Positions 41,832 to 56,789 of a stretch of DNA of 64,000 nucleotides are shown in pieces. The notes under the pieces were generated by a model. That model saw only the letters and a program-made list of their open reading frames with translations, searched no databases and had not been told where the DNA came from. The DNA is from Eledone cirrhosa (taxonomy: Eukaryota): positions 133,052,001 through 133,116,000 of the forward strand of contig OZ024745.1 of the NCBI GenBank assembly GCA_964016885.1, read 5' to 3'. Position 1 is the first letter of the stretch. Every line of letters starts with the position of its first letter. Made by a program: the position numbers and the translations under genes.

Positions 41832-42245
41832 CAAATCTTCATAGAAATATTGAGGGGTGTTCGCATAAGGTGGACGTCCGGCATGATAGAAATCTAATTG
41901 GAAATAGTTTAGTCAATTGTGCGTATCATTCAGTATCCAGTTTGTGTAGGGAGCAAATATAAAGTTTTTACACGAGTCAGTCAGTGGGCTGTTAATATAA
42001 AGGATAAAGACTTTAAAGGATATCCTACAACAATATCGACCCCAATAAATACATGAGACTGGACCTTAATTTCATTATTTCCATTCCTTGTACATCTAAA
42101 TTACTTCATGAAGTAAAATGATGCAGCTCTCCTCAAACACACACGCGTAGAAAGACAGACATACACACACATATACACACACACACATACGCGTGCGCAC
42201 ACACAAACACACACACGCACAAATATATATATATATATATATATA

Positions 42246-42299
<54 letters not shown>

Positions 42300-42308
<9 letters not shown>

Positions 42309-42527
42309 AGATCAAAAGATGGTTAAAGGAGTTCCATATATTTCACTATGCGCACCTCAAAAACAAACATCATCAAGCAATTTGAGGTGCGCATAGTGAA
42401 ATATATGGAACTCCTTTAACCATCTTTTGATCTTATATTATGCATACTCCAGTCCCACAAACTGTAGAGTGCTTCTTATCCGATATCTGCATTGCTTTAT
42501 TGTACTACAATAAAACTCACCTCCTAC

Positions 42528-42530
<3 letters not shown>
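42300..42530 (+). mobile_element. PLE-end fold-back, family I
   Basis: Perfect ~60-bp arms 42301-42361 and 42380-42441, ~90-nt tail with GAGTGC, embedded in long (TA)n. Confidence 0.8.
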
Positions 42531-42584
<54 letters not shown>

Positions 42585-42688
42585 ATATATATATATATAT
42601 GTATAATATGTATATATATATATATATATATATGTATAATATATATATGTATATATATATTTGATATATATCTATGTATATATATGTA

Positions 42689-42724
<36 letters not shown>

Positions 42725-42735
42725 ATATATATATG

Positions 42736-42775
<40 letters not shown>

Positions 42776-42835
42776 ATATATATGTATATATATACATATA
42801 TATTTAATATATATATGTATATATATATATATTTG

Positions 42836-42923
<88 letters not shown>

Positions 42924-44699
42924 GCAAACATGATCACCCAGAGAATGTGCACATAATCACATATGTGCAGATATTGGTGGATGCATGAATGAACTGTTCA
43001 GTTTTCCGCATTTTTCCTTCATTTCCATACCTACCTACATAGTGGCAATTCCGTGATATGATAATCTACATCCTGGAATAGATCTGTTTTATGTAAGAAA
43101 CATATAGTCTGTGAATATCAGTCTTTTTAATATTACTATATTCTCAAGTTGCCTTTAAAACATCCCGGGTTCTGTCAATTAACATTGTTACAGAAAAAAA
43201 TGTGATTATGTTGTTTTCCAAATCTTTATGGATAAACCCACGGGCAGCAATATAGAAAAATATTGATCTGGAAAAGGTCACGTTGACATTATACTTTATG
43301 AATTTAATAATGTTCACGTACAAGGAATATTTATATTCCAACCGTAATATGTACAATAATAAAGGGCAGAATACATATTTACATGTAGCTAAACGAGTAA
43401 GCTACACAGAAAACTTCACACTCTTAGCGATACGTACTGACATATTCTTCTAGATAACGATGAACGCTTCATATTAACCGTATTTCATAATATATTCGCA
43501 TGCATCTCGATCGTTATTGCAAACAATAAAGCCTGTCGATAGCAAGTAACATACATTCTCAATACTTGAATTATAAAGATATATAACTTGCATATTAAGA
43601 TTCTGTTAAATTAAATATGCAGCGTAACAATTCAAATATGCGTAAATTGGAAGGAATCTCAGTACAATGCGATCGGTTTTGTGCTAAATATATATTGAAA
43701 TAAAATCAAAGAGTGACTTTAATGGAAAATTATAGCCTTATATTTTAAAAGATTTTCGTAGCCTTTGTCTCCTTTAGAGCTTTATGAAATTACCATTTGC
43801 ATTCTAACAATGGAAATACAGTAAAATACCTCCTGTTATAACACAATGGTGGATATTAACGTTTTTATTGCCAGAATATTTATCTTCTGCTACATATTGT
43901 GTCACTTAATCATCTTTATCTAGTTGGAAAATGATAAGAAAATTCTACATCGATCTAAAGAGATCCACAAATAAACGGTTTCTCAATGAAATTATTACAT
44001 GGAGAACATTTCTGTGTAATTTTCCGTGTAGCTAGTAGGATGAAAATAGCAAACAACAATAAAGACAATCTGAACGATAAACACTAAAAGATGAACAAGA
44101 AAACATTTAAATTGTTCTTCACGAGTTTCTTTAAACTCGTTAAAGTAATAAAAAGTTGTAAGGTGTGGTAATATGAGTAATCATTCATTATATATCACGT
44201 GAAACAACTGGAAAGATACAGATGTGAAAGTAGTTTTTTGTTTTTTTTCATGGTAACACACGACCACTCCCGTTTGAGCTTCGTATGAACAGTTTTTATT
44301 CCGATCTAAATCCTATCGTGTTTAATACTCTAATTGATGACTGTTATAGAGCAGCAACTATTATATATAATGCTCTTTATTATTTGTTTTGTTTTTATAT
44401 TTTCTTGTTTATCTATTTATTTATTTATCTATTTATTTATTTACTTACTTATTTACTTATGTATTTATTTATTTACCGCAGCTTGTATCGTTCGTTGCAA
44501 AAGTACTTTCAGCTTGTAAATGATTAAAATTCCAAAACATTACACATATATTCCTAGTTTATTTAGGGATTCAACTACCTAAATGTATCTAGTAAATCAA
44601 TATATCTGAGAAAAGTTGTAACCTGTATGGTATTGGGTTTCGCTCTGGCATATAATAGAAGCAATTCCCATAAGGTTTTGTCTTATCGACAAGTAGATC

Positions 44700-45900
44700 A
44701 ACAATAGATGTTTACCTCTTTCTTCCTTTTCGTTTTTCTAGATTGCTCTATATTATTCGATATCATATCTAAAGAAATACAATTTTTGGAAGTAGATTTG
44801 TAGACATGCCTCATGTTGCTAATGTCCTATAGGAAAAGGAATATCTACCCAATATCATTTATTTTAACCTTAGCATATTTGTATTGACTGCTTTGTCGAC
44901 AGCAAATCAATAAATACGAAATATCGATGAATTAAAGCACCAATATATAGTTGTTTTATCCACTTACTCTAACTGATACCTTCCTTGCATTCTTCCCAAT
45001 AGTACATAAGTTGTCATTTTATATATAACAATGGATGAACAATTGCGAATATACAAATAATAAACACGTGTTTCTCGTACTTCCATTATAATCCTGAGGT
45101 TCTATGCCTAATTAATTACATATAATCAAAAGGGAATACACACGTCATGTATCTAGCAAAATTTTAAATCGACAAATATTTGAAAAGCATGTTATTACAT
45201 GGACTGGATATACACAAAGGCTCTATCTGGTTTTAATTATTCCTATATTTGATAAACTGTAGAAACATTATGAAATTACAGATTATGATATTCTTGTGTA
45301 AAATGTTAAAAGCCATGCATAAGACTAAAATATATGGTATCATCGGCAAATATACACATTTGGAATGTGGACGGCAACTCTTCATTATGAAAAAATCAAT
45401 TGTCAATACCTTCATCTCCATCATGCGGAGCTCTTGCAGATATTCTTATTGACCTTTGTTCGATGTGATTGTTCAGCAAACAACAGTTTTTCAAGATATC
45501 GAAAATATCTAATGTTTTGCGTATCAACATATGATAGAACGCTTCGTTTAGATTTAGCACATATTGATCTGTCCTTTTGCTTCGATCCAAATACCTTTTA
45601 ACATTACAACACATAAAATCCCCATATACTTTTCAAGAACTATCAAGGGCCCAGCATTTTGAGCAATACTTTCATATTAGAGAGATTTAAATGTTTAGAA
45701 ATTTCATATTTGTATTCAACTATTTATAGATTTTTCTTGATATCGTTTTCACTGGTAACGCCAGATATTAGTATTGACTTTTTTTTCTGTCTATCATCAC
45801 ATTGATTTGTAATAATAGGTCCTCGATACTACTAAACCTTGTCATACTAAGCTATATCAATATCGGTTTTGCATTCTGTCTTCACAATCTTCATCAAAAT
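44700..45900 (-). mobile_element. Very degenerate LINE reverse transcriptase relic
   Basis: Minus strand reads FQMCIFADDTIY near 45330-45365. Boundaries uncertain. Confidence 0.45.
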
Positions 45901-47752
45901 ACTATGCTCTAAGCGACCAAAAACAAGGTCTGTGACATCGCTCTAAGGTTGGATGTGGGGCATTCTGTTGATCGACATCTCTTATTCCTGATGTTAAACG
46001 GATTTTAAACAGTGTCACTGAGACCCCATTAGTTTATTGTTGCTGTATACATAGAGTAAATTAGTTAGTAATAACTTTATCAAAAGTATTTTGAGATGCA
46101 ATAGAAGCAATAAATTCGTATCTCTCTGGCCCTGTATATTTTTCTAAGTGTATTTATATTCAGAATTTCACTCATCCATACCTTAGCAATTCTAAAGTAG
46201 ACTCATTCAGCTGTTTACTTTTTCGTTTCATAATTCATTTTAAATCTATTATAAATGATTTTAAGGAAATTTTAGTATAACGCATCTTTTATAATGTTAA
46301 GTTCCGCGTCTTCGGGCAGTCGTTCTCTGCAGCTGTAGGATTAGAGGGGGTGATTGAGAATTTTACTTACATTCTGTTTCATTAACATTTGTTTATTATT
46401 GTATTGTTTATTATTGTTTAAACTCTAACGTTCGTTTTTCTACCATTCCATTATATCATCTTTTGAGGACAGTTTTTGGTGTATAATTTTTCGTTATAGT
46501 ATTTACTGATTTGTAAGTTATTTGGTAATATAAGTTAATAATTATTTTCGAAAGCTCATCTTATTTTGTCTATTACACTTTCTTGCATTATGGTTTTTAA
46601 AACTTATTTCAAATAACATGATTAAAATGGCTACATTGAATACATAAACACCATACATCCCTGCATTAAAATAGGCCAATGATACACATAGAAAACTTCA
46701 CTATACAAAAACGAAATAAATAAAACATGTTTTGAAATGTTACTGATAAAAGATCACAAATTATTAGGAAGGATCAAAATGTCTTTCAATTAAATATTTA
46801 TTCACTCTTATGTTAACAGCTTCTCTATAGAAAAGAAACTTCTTCGATAATTATACAATTTCTTATATAAGATCTCATAGATATATATAGGATCTTCACA
46901 AATGTAGGGCATGCTTAAATGCAGAAATAACTTGAAATTAGCAACTTTATTTACCGATAGTGTATAGACAAAAATAAACTAGCATGTCTTATACTTTTGA
47001 TTACAAAGCAGATGTTTAGTAGAGTAGGATATGATTATATTCCTGTATATCTTAGGGAAATGACTTTTTATTTTCACAATCTGCCTGGACATTCGATGTG
47101 TACGAATTTATTATAATCACGCAGGCAAAATAAAATAAAATATTCAGTTGTTTATGGTGGAAGTTATATAACTCCACTAGTTTTGTATATCGGGATAAAT
47201 AGTAGATTGCTGGTTATTGTATTTCAAATCTATTTGGCATTTTAAAATAACTAATATACTGAATTTAATGCAAATTTAATTATTTATCTATAAATGTAAA
47301 ATGCCAAACATGAATAAAAACCTTATACCACTTCGACACATTTATTTTAAAACACAATTAACTTTAGACCTTATATCGTAACGGAGTTTTTACATTAGAT
47401 GTATTTTATTTGACTACATTGATCCATAGTACATTAACATGAATAGGAAGGACATAAATGAAATATTTGATGTTGTAGATAGATGAAACCTCTAAGCAGA
47501 CATTTTATATTTTCTGGTACTCCACTAATTTATACCTTCAAAATCAGAAAGTTTGTACAGAATGGTAAGTGCTAATTTCATCAAAGCTATATAGTTTATT
47601 GTCATGTTATCGACCCTGGAAACGTAGAGTATAGAGTCTACTTGGACTAAGTTATTACAGACGTGAGGGTTTCTTATCATTTTATAACATTTTCACTCAT
47701 TTTCACTCATTGAAATGTGTTAGACTGCATGTAGGATTTGCGTATACTAAGT

Positions 47753-47945
47753 AATTATTTCAACTTTTGGCACAAGGCCGGCAATTATCTCAGTGCATTA
47801 CTGGTACTTTATTTTATCGACCCCGTAGGGATAAAAGGCAAAGTTAACCTCGGCGGGATTTGAACTCAGACTATAAAGGGCCGTAACTCTTTGCTGAAAA
47901 GCATGGCGTCCGACCCTCTACGGATACTGCCAATCCACCGCCCTA
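47753..47945 (-). mobile_element. Full-length SINE
   Basis: Reverse complement of the SINE consensus. Abuts a Dong fragment. Confidence 0.9.
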
Positions 47946-47946
47946 C

Positions 47947-48622
47947 GCTCTGTACCTAATAATAGACACAGCTCGGGAATTTACTGCACTATTTAGATGT
48001 GTTTTAGTATATTCCTTACTCTCCTTATGAATTCAGATCTTATCAATTCCTTCATTTTTTTGTTCTTGATGTCATCTTCCTCCAGAACACCTAAATATTT
48101 GTATCCCTCTTCAGTGTCAATTTCCTTTATCATCTCACCTGTTGGTACCTGGATTCCGTAGCTTCTTCTCAATTTACCTCTCTTCATCGCTAGGACTCCA
48201 CACTTATTAACATCAAATTCCATACATATATCATTGCTGAAAATACGGACAGTGTCAACAAGTACACCCGACTCCTTCTCACTCAACCCAAAGAGTTTTA
48301 GATCGTCTATGAAGAGGGAGGTGGTTCAATGTAAGCTCTCCTCTGCCCAGCTTGTATTCTGCTCTCACTTTTCGCAATATGAGGGGACAAACTATCTCCC
48401 TGGAAGATACCTCTCTTGATCTTCACGCCTCCCAAGGACTCTCCACCTGATGTTAGCTCTGTTTCCTAGGACTTCATACTTTTACTTAATAGCTGTCTGA
48501 TGTTGTCTGCCACCTTGAAGGTCTCTAGGCTTTTGGTTATCCAAGAATGTGGTACCATGTCGAATGCCTTTTTGTAATCTATCCATCCCATGGCAAGACC
48601 AGTATGCATCCTCTTGCAATTC
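47947..48622 (-). mobile_element. R4/Dong RT fragment (relative of 29007-30378)
   Basis: GLAMGWIDYKKAFDMVPHSWI, GIFQGDSLSP, FIDDLKL, F..DICMEF...KC and YKYLGV. Sequence overlaps 30140-30378. Confidence 0.88.
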
Positions 48623-48624
48623 CA

Positions 48625-48815
48625 TGCGTGTGAATTTCTGTGTGATGGTGTGTGTGTGTGTGTGTGTGATGGTGTGTGTTATGGCGTTTGTGTTTGTGTG
48701 TGATGTTGTGTGAGTGTGTGTATAATGGTGTGTGTGTTTGTGTGTGATGGTGTGCGTGTGTTTGTGTGTGATGGTGTGTGAGTGTGTGATGGTGTGTGTG
48801 TATCTGTGTGAGGTG
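48625..48815. repeat. GT-rich degenerate minisatellite (GTGTGATGGTGTGT)
   Basis: Directly visible. Confidence 0.85.
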
Positions 48816-49080
48816 TCAATGATAGTACTTTGTTAATGTTTATTCAATCATGTTTTTTTATATTTATAACAATATATTTCATTTATTCGTGTTTGGTGTG
48901 GTATTGCTTCCATAGAGATAAATATGGAACTTGAGCGACTTTGGCTCATATATAGAACTTGAGCGACTTTGACTCATATATGTCTAGATGTCAACTCAGT
49001 CTAATGTGTCTAGTGTTGGGATATCGTATTTGGTGACGACGGATAGTCATTCTGTTTCTAAGGGTAGAGATATTGTTAGA

Positions 49081-50873
49081 CCGATGTAGTCTTCGTTACA
49101 TCTTTACACAGTTACGGGCTGCTACACCGATGTAGTCTTCGTTACATCTTTACACAGTTACGGACTGCTACACCGATGAAGTCTTCGTTACATCTTTACA
49201 CAGTTACAGGCTGCTACACCGATGTAGTCTTCCTTACATCTTTACACAGTTACGGGCTGCTACACCGATGTAGTCTTCCTTACATCTTTACATAGTTACG
49301 GGCTGCTACACCGATGAAGTCTTCGTTACATCTTTACACAGTTACGGGCTGCTACACCGATGAAGTCTTCGTTACATCTTTACACAGTTACGGGCTGCTA
49401 CACCGATGTAGTCTTCCTTACATCTTTACACAGTTACGGGCTGCTACACCGATGTAGTCTTCCTTACATCTTTACACAGTTGCGGGCTGCTACACCGATG
49501 TAGTCTTCCTTACATCTTTACATAGTTACGGGCTGCTACACCGATGTAGTCTTCGTTACATCTTTACACAGTTACGGGCTGCTACACCGATGTAGTCTTC
49601 CTTACATCTTTACATAGTTACGGGCTGCTACACCGATGTAGTCTTCGTTACATCTTTACATAGTTACGGGCTGCTACACCGATGTAGTCTTCGTTACATC
49701 TTTACACAGTTACGGGCTGCTACACCGATAAAGTCTTCGTTACATCTTTACACAGTTACGGGCTGCTACACCGATGTAGTCTTCCTTACATCTTTACATA
49801 GTTACGGGCTGCTACACCGATGTAGTCTTCGTTACATCTTTACCCAGTTACGGGCTGCTACACCGATGTAGTCTTCGTTACATCTTTACACAGTTACGGG
49901 CTGCTACACCGATGAAGTCTTCGTTACATCTTTACACAGTTACGGGCTGCTACACCGATGAAGTCTTCGTTACATCTTTACACAGTTACGGGCTGCTACA
50001 CCGATGTAGTCTTCGTTACATCTTTACACAGTTACGGGCTGCTACACCGATGTAGTCTTCGTTACATCTTTACACAGTTGCGGGCTGCTACACCGATGTA
50101 GTCTTCCTTACATCTTTACACAGTTACGGGCTGCTACACCGATGAAGTCTTCGTTACATCTTTACACAGTTACGGCTGCTACACCGATGAAGTCTTCGTT
50201 ACATCTTTACACAGTTACGGGCTGCTACACCGATGAAGTCTTCGTTACATCTTTACACAGTTACGGGCTGCTACACCGATGTAGTCTTCCTTACATCTTT
50301 ACATAGTTACGGGCTGCTACACCGATGAAGTCTTCGTTACATCTTTACACAGTTACGGGCTGCTACACCGATGTAGTCTTCCTTACATCTTTACATAGTT
50401 ACGGGCTGCTACACCGATGTAGTCTTCGTTACATCTTTACACAGTTACGGGCTGCTACACCGATGTAGTCTTCCTTACATCTTTACACAGTTACGTGCTG
50501 CTACACCGATGTAGTCTTCCTTACATCTTTACACAGTTACGGGCTGCTACACCGATGAAGTCTTCGTTACATCTTTACACAGTTACGGGCTGCTACACCG
50601 ATGAAGTCTTCCTTACATCTTTACACAGTTACGGGCTGCTACACCGATGTAGTCTTCGTTACATCTTTACACAGTTACGGGCTGCTACACCGATGTAGTC
50701 TTCGTTACATCTTTACACAGTTGCGGGCTGCTACACCGATGTAGTCTTCGTTACATCTTTACACAGTTACGGGCTGCTACACCGATGAAGTCTTCGTTAC
50801 ATCTTTACACAGTTACGGGCTGCTACACCGATGAAGTCTTCGTTACATCTTTACACAGTTACGGGCTGCTACA
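49081..50873. repeat. Minisatellite, 39 copies of a 46-bp unit CCGATG(T/A)AGTCTTC(G/C)TTACATCTTTACA(C/T)AGTTACGGGCTGCTACA
   Basis: Unit starts at 49081, 49127, 49173 ... 50828. One 1-bp deletion near 50175. Confidence 0.97.
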
Positions 50874-51849
50874 CAAATGAAATCTATGTTGTTTTCCCCC
50901 GTCAACACAAATCTCAATTTCTCTCCGATTGTGAGTTAACATTCAGTGAGGGAGGACATTAGGCGCAGGAGATCGCACAATTCTGCGAAAATGCTCTTTG
51001 GCGATGTAGGATATCAGAGAGTTCCCGAAGTTCTTGCTTTATTTAGCGACCCATATATTGTTTTACAGGTTTTCAAACTCAATTCTGCTTCAGTGGGGGC
51101 TGGATTGTCAAATCTTATTATGATGGTGATAGTGCTAATGATATTAATACTATCACCAGCACGAATGTTTCTGCTGTTCTTCACCAACGTTTTGATCTGT
51201 AGAATTTTGCTTTTGTTTTTATTATTGTTTTTATTGTTGCCGCGAAATTCTTTGATGTTAATATAATTTCCTGTTGAGCTAACTCTTTTTCCATGGTTTT
51301 GTCATTTTCTAGTTGTTGATACTGTCACCGGTAGCAGACTGAGTGAGTTGTTGTTTAACTGCTACATATTGTGCTGGTCTTGTTAATGCTGCTGCTGGCA
51401 TTTTTTGTGTTGGCTGTCTGTTTATTTTTGAATTGTTTTTTTTTTCTTGTTTTTTTTTCTTGTTGGCACAGCCTATTGCAATGGTGATGATGGTATCACG
51501 TGCGTGACAGAATTTACGGAACTACTTCGTAATGTTGAATTTTTGAAAAACATATCTACCGACTCACCATACGTTCAACTTTGACACGAAGGGCAATTAA
51601 TAAAAGGACGCCAACTGGTTTCTTCCAAAGTCGGTATAGATAATAATCCTCAGCAAAGAAAATAACAACAATAGCAATTATATAATCGGCAAGTTTAAGG
51701 GTAGCTTCCATAAATGTACATGATCTGGATTCATTCTGTAAGCAGGGTGCTTACTCAATATACTCAGTTCATTAGTGATAGGTGCTACAGCCCTAGCGAG
51801 ACCATCGTTTCCTTCACGTTCGTTCTAACCTACATTGTAGACCACTCTG

Positions 51850-52230
51850 TAATCCATGCATCACTTAGTGTCCTGGAATAGTAGATCTGGCAGTGCTGTT
51901 TGGTAAAGGCTTGAAGCTAGAGGTATGGGTGATCTTCATCAACCTAGACAATAATTTGGGGTCGAGTATGTTATCAATAACGAAGACTATAATTTTCGAC
52001 GAGAGGTCGTCTAGGCCCTAACTAGGGTACGGTGCTCGGAATACTTCGGGCATTTGGAAACCATTCTTAAAAGATCTCTTAATTTACTGGAACGGCATCT
52101 GAGCTATGTAGAAATAGGTCATAGAGGTGGGCTAGCAAAATCCTCAAGTGCCTAATCAGACGGTGTCATCTGTCTGAAGGATAAGGACTAGCTATAAAGA
52201 ACGCACCATTGTGGACAGGGCGCAATCACA
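51850..52230 (+). mobile_element. Degenerate Tx1/L1-like endonuclease fragment
   Basis: Shares ACTGGAACGGCATCT and GCAAAATCC blocks, in the same order, with 37250-37480. Confidence 0.55.
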
Positions 52231-52691
52231 GAGCATCATCTAGAAACCGTCGTCCACTCACACGTCGAGATGCTGTCAAGTGTATAATGTAACCGGTTTT
52301 CAGCTGAGCCCATTGTGAAAACCTCACCACCAATTTTAGCCGGAAAGGACAGTCATTTTCATCTGACTTGTTGCCATGTCAAAAAAGGTCGTAGTAGACA
52401 CGATTGAGTTTGCTGAAGACAATATATATAACAAAATGAGATATAAATGTACATATACACACATAAGACACATCAGTCCCATTATGTTAATCTCCTCACA
52501 CATACAGTAGAACTAACGTATAGGCAGAGCGGTAGTTTTCAAAAGCGATTACTTTGGCGCAAAATGAAGTATATAAAACATGTATATTTCCTATTGTTTA
52601 CAAATACGGTAATCTGATAATGGGCAACGTTAAAACCATTGCATAGAACTGCAACGATAAAAGGATACAGGATACTCTATATACTATAGGA

Positions 52692-53045
<354 letters not shown>

Positions 53046-53098
53046 TATATATATATATATATATATATCTGGGGGGGGGGGGGGTATGTATATATATA

Positions 53099-56016
53099 TA
53101 ATAACTTTGATAACTTTGATAGGTTTCGACCAGTATTGGCCCAGGCCATGTCTAACTTAATAGCACCAAATCAGTGTTTGGGCACCATGGCCCACTCGAG
53201 CAGAGAATTATTGTTTACGGAGGCATATCCGGGTGTAGGAGGCTTATCCGGGATTTCTTGAAGGAATTTATCCAAAGACTTCTTGAACTTGATGGGGTCT
53301 GTCTCTGTTTTGATATGTCTCGGTGTAATGTTAAAGAGTGCAGGGCCAATTGAGGTGAAATAATTGTGCCGTATTGTTGTTATGTGATGCGTGTGAAATT
53401 TTTGTCGTGGGCGGATAGCACGGGGACCCAGGCCTTGGGTGTACACTAAAGGTGATGCCAACATCATTTGGGCTAAGCTGATGGAATATTTTCACATCAT
53501 GCAGATAATGTAGCGCTCACGGCGACGTTGGAGAGAATAAAGTTTGAGTTTTTCTAATCGACTCCAATAGTCAAGGCCTGTCATGCCATCTATCTTTTTT
53601 GTAATTTACCTTTGGGGTGCTTCAACTTTGATGAAACTTTGTTTCGTCTGGAGTGACCACAGTGGAAAACAGTATTCAAGGTGGGATCGGGGAAAAGTGG
53701 AGAAGAGAAGGATAACAGTGTGGATATCTCTCGACTGGAAAGTTCTAAGAATCCAGGAACACATTCTGCGGGCCATATCAACTTTGCTGTTTATATGAGT
53801 GGCCCAGCTTATGTTGTTGTCCACAATTACTCCCAGGTCTCTGATGTTATAGGATGCCACTAGAGTTTTACCCGAAGGAAGAGAGTATGGTAGTTTCAAG
53901 GCATCCTTTTTTCCAAAGTTGATTAATTCAAATTTATCCTCATTAAACAGCATATTATTTATTTCTGCCCATTGGATAACAGCCAGTAGGTCTGACTGAA
54001 GGCAAGTCCGGTCACCCACCTCATTGATGACCCTTTGGAGCTTGGAATCATCTGATGTTGCTGTGCTTGATGATGTCAGTAATGTCATTAATGTAGATGA
54101 TGAAAAGAAGTGGACCCAACACAGTGCCTTGCGGGACGCCACTGCTGACTTTGGCTGGGCTTGATTTTACTCCTTCGACTACAACATGCTGGGTTCTGCC
54201 TGTCAGGAAACATTTTATCCATGTAGTAACCTTCCAGAGACACCAACATTGGATAGTTTTTTCAGTAGAATCTTATGATCAACCCTGTCTAAGGCCTTGC
54301 TGAAGATAAGGTAGATGACATCAGTGTTGGAGCCCACTCCCAAGGCTCGCAAAACATCGTCAAAGTGATGCAGGAGCTGCGTTAGGCAGTCCTTTCCATT
54401 ACGGAACCCATGTTGGTTGGAGTTCAACAGGCCGTTGCTTTCAAGAAAGGGGGTTATTTGTGATTTCACCACCCTCTTAAATACCTTGATAATATGAGAG
54501 GTGAGTGAGATCGGACGGTAGTTCACTGCAAGGGACTTATTACGCTTTTTGAAGACTGGGACAATGGACTGGGACAGAAAGTTTTCAGGAATATAACCAG
54601 TGTCCAGTGAGTTCCTCCACAGATTAGCAAGAGGAGATGCAAGTTGGTGTCGATACACCTTCAGGACACAAGCAGAGAACCTGTCAGGGCATACTGCTGA
54701 ATTGTGTTTAATTTCGTTTATTGCCGCTAAGACATCAAGGGCGCCAAACGTTATGTCTGATATAGTGTGTTGGGGATTAACATCACTGATACGGCCCAGA
54801 TCGGCCATATCAGGATTGCTTAAAACAGAGCAGTATTGTTTCTGCAGTATCTCGCCCATCGTTTTGGCATTGTCCTGGAGTGTGCCATTTTCATCAACTA
54901 GGGGGCAAACAGTGGAGACGGTGACCTTATGTTTTTTAGCAAATGAAAAGAACACTTTGGGGTTGAGTTTGATTATCTCAATGGGCCACCTCTCTTCAGC
55001 TATTCTCTGGTTATTGATGATGGTCATCATGCATTGCTGGCGGTTATATTTTTTTTACTCAAGCAAGGTGATAGCCATTGAATATGTGTGTTGCTGTTGG
55101 CAGTATTTTAGTGTGTTAATTCTTTTGTTGGTTCTTTTTATTTTTCTGTTAATTGTTTTTCTGTTTTGGGGGATATTGCACTTGGTTTTGTTCACAGATT
55201 TTGGTGGGGTGTGTTTTGTACATATATTTGTGACAGTGTCTACAAAGATCTGCCAAGATGTTTTGATGTTGGTGGAAGTGTGTGCGTGTGTAAAAGACCA
55301 GTCGACATGTGATAGTTCGTTCATAATTGCATCCCAGTTGGCATTGTAGAGATCCATGTTATCAAATGGGTGGGCTGGAGAGAGGACCCTGGGATTAGCT
55401 TTCAGCCGGTGGAATCTCAGGGTACAAATAACCATGTCATGTCTGAGAGAAGGGTTTCTGCCACTGTAATATTAAGTATAGTGTTAGTGTGGTTACTAAA
55501 CACTAGATCCAGAATGTTCTTCTGATGCCTCGTTGGTGCAAGGACAAGTTGGGACACGAAAAACTCATTCATGAAGGCAAGAAGTGACTCGACAGCCTCT
55601 TTGACAGTGGTTGAGGCTGAGGAGCCTGGTTTCAAACTACATGTAGACCAACCGACACAGGGTAGATAAAAGTCTCCCATCAAAAGTATGTTGCTAGAAT
55701 GGCACTGTTTAATAAAGCATTTAATAATGTTGAGGCACTCTTTGAAGCAGATTATGCGCGTTTGTGGTGGCCTATAGAGCCCAACTAATGTCAGGTCATT
55801 GGCTTTATTGTGCATAGTGACTGATTCACAGTATCCATTAGAGAATGTTGTGTTGCCATCTGCCCTAAAGGAATCATGCAGGAAAATGGCAGTTCCACCC
55901 TATCTTCTGCCAACACGATCCGCACGGAGGGTTGTGAAATTTCTCACTCTTACTTCGCCCTCCAAGTGGGAGTTGTCAAGGTGGGTTTCAGTAAGAATGA
56001 AGAAGGGGATGTGAAA
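53099..56016 (-). mobile_element. Near full-length CR1-clade LINE ORF2 (APE + RT), frameshifted
   Basis: ILTETHL, GLYRPP, LMGDF, LDLVF, NYRPISLTS, QHGFR, SKALDRVDH, GVPQGTVLGP, DDSK, RDLGV, LEY and FKKSLDKFL. 3' tail of ATCAAAGTT repeats at ~53099-53121. Confidence 0.92.
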
Positions 56017-56018
56017 TG

Positions 56019-56075
<57 letters not shown>

Positions 56076-56079
<4 letters not shown>

Positions 56080-56194
56080 ATAATAATAAATTTGAAGACT
56101 AAAATCCAAAAAGGGCTCGTTTTAGTTTCAGAAGATCCCGTTAAGGGTGAAAGCAGAGATTCTTTGCTTAAACTTTAATCTGTTATTTTAATAA

Positions 56195-56200
<6 letters not shown>
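56076..56200. mobile_element. Family B PLE end (short tail piece plus inverted ribozyme-like arm)
   Basis: Matches 4891-4934 and 5035-5100. (TA)n flanks. Confidence 0.8.
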
Positions 56201-56260
<60 letters not shown>

Positions 56261-56304
56261 ATATATATATATACACACACACAAACACACACACACATAT
56301 ATAT

Positions 56305-56681
56305 AGCTGAAACTCACTCAGATGGTGGATGGGTGCTACACGAGAATGCTGAGGATGGCTCTGAACATTACTCAGCATACACTGAGGATGAAAAACTGAG
56401 AGCTGTATGGGAGCCTCCCAAAAGTCACCTCAAAAGTGACACAGAGGAGACTGGGGTTAGCTGGACATGCTCACCGACATCCAGAGTTGACATTGCACTC
56501 AGTGCTCCTGTGAGAGACCCTACATGGACACACTGGAAGAGGAAGACCAAGGTTAACGTATGTTGATGCCCTAAGGACAGACACTGGTCTGTTGGAGACA
56601 CAGGACATGGCAGCGATGATGAGGGCAGAGACCGCTAGAGAGAACTCGTCCATGGATCTCGGGAATTTTATCTGTCCTAGA
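56305..56681 (+). mobile_element. RTE-like LINE 3' fragment
   Basis: DGCYTRMLRMALNI..ELYGSLPKVT.KV..RRLGLAGH..RHPE..GRGRPRLTYVD. Confidence 0.85.
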
Positions 56682-56695
56682 TATATATATATATA

Positions 56696-56777
56696 TTCTT
56701 CTTCTTCTTCTTCTTCTTCTTCTTCTTCTTCTTCTTCTTCTTCTTCTTCTTCTTCTTCTTCTTCTTCTTCTTCTTCT
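56696..56777. repeat. (CTT)n microsatellite
   Basis: Directly visible. Confidence 0.97.
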
Positions 56778-56789
56778 ATACAAATTAGA

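Noticed and set aside
49081-50873. CRISPR-like appearance of the hairpin-containing 46-bp array
   Set aside because: Units are contiguous with no unique spacers, there are no cas genes, and the context is eukaryotic. No hammerhead core was found in the unit either.
54600-55349. 249-aa plus-strand ORF, and similar antisense ORFs at 29155 and 30573
   Set aside because: Antisense shadows of LINE coding sequence.
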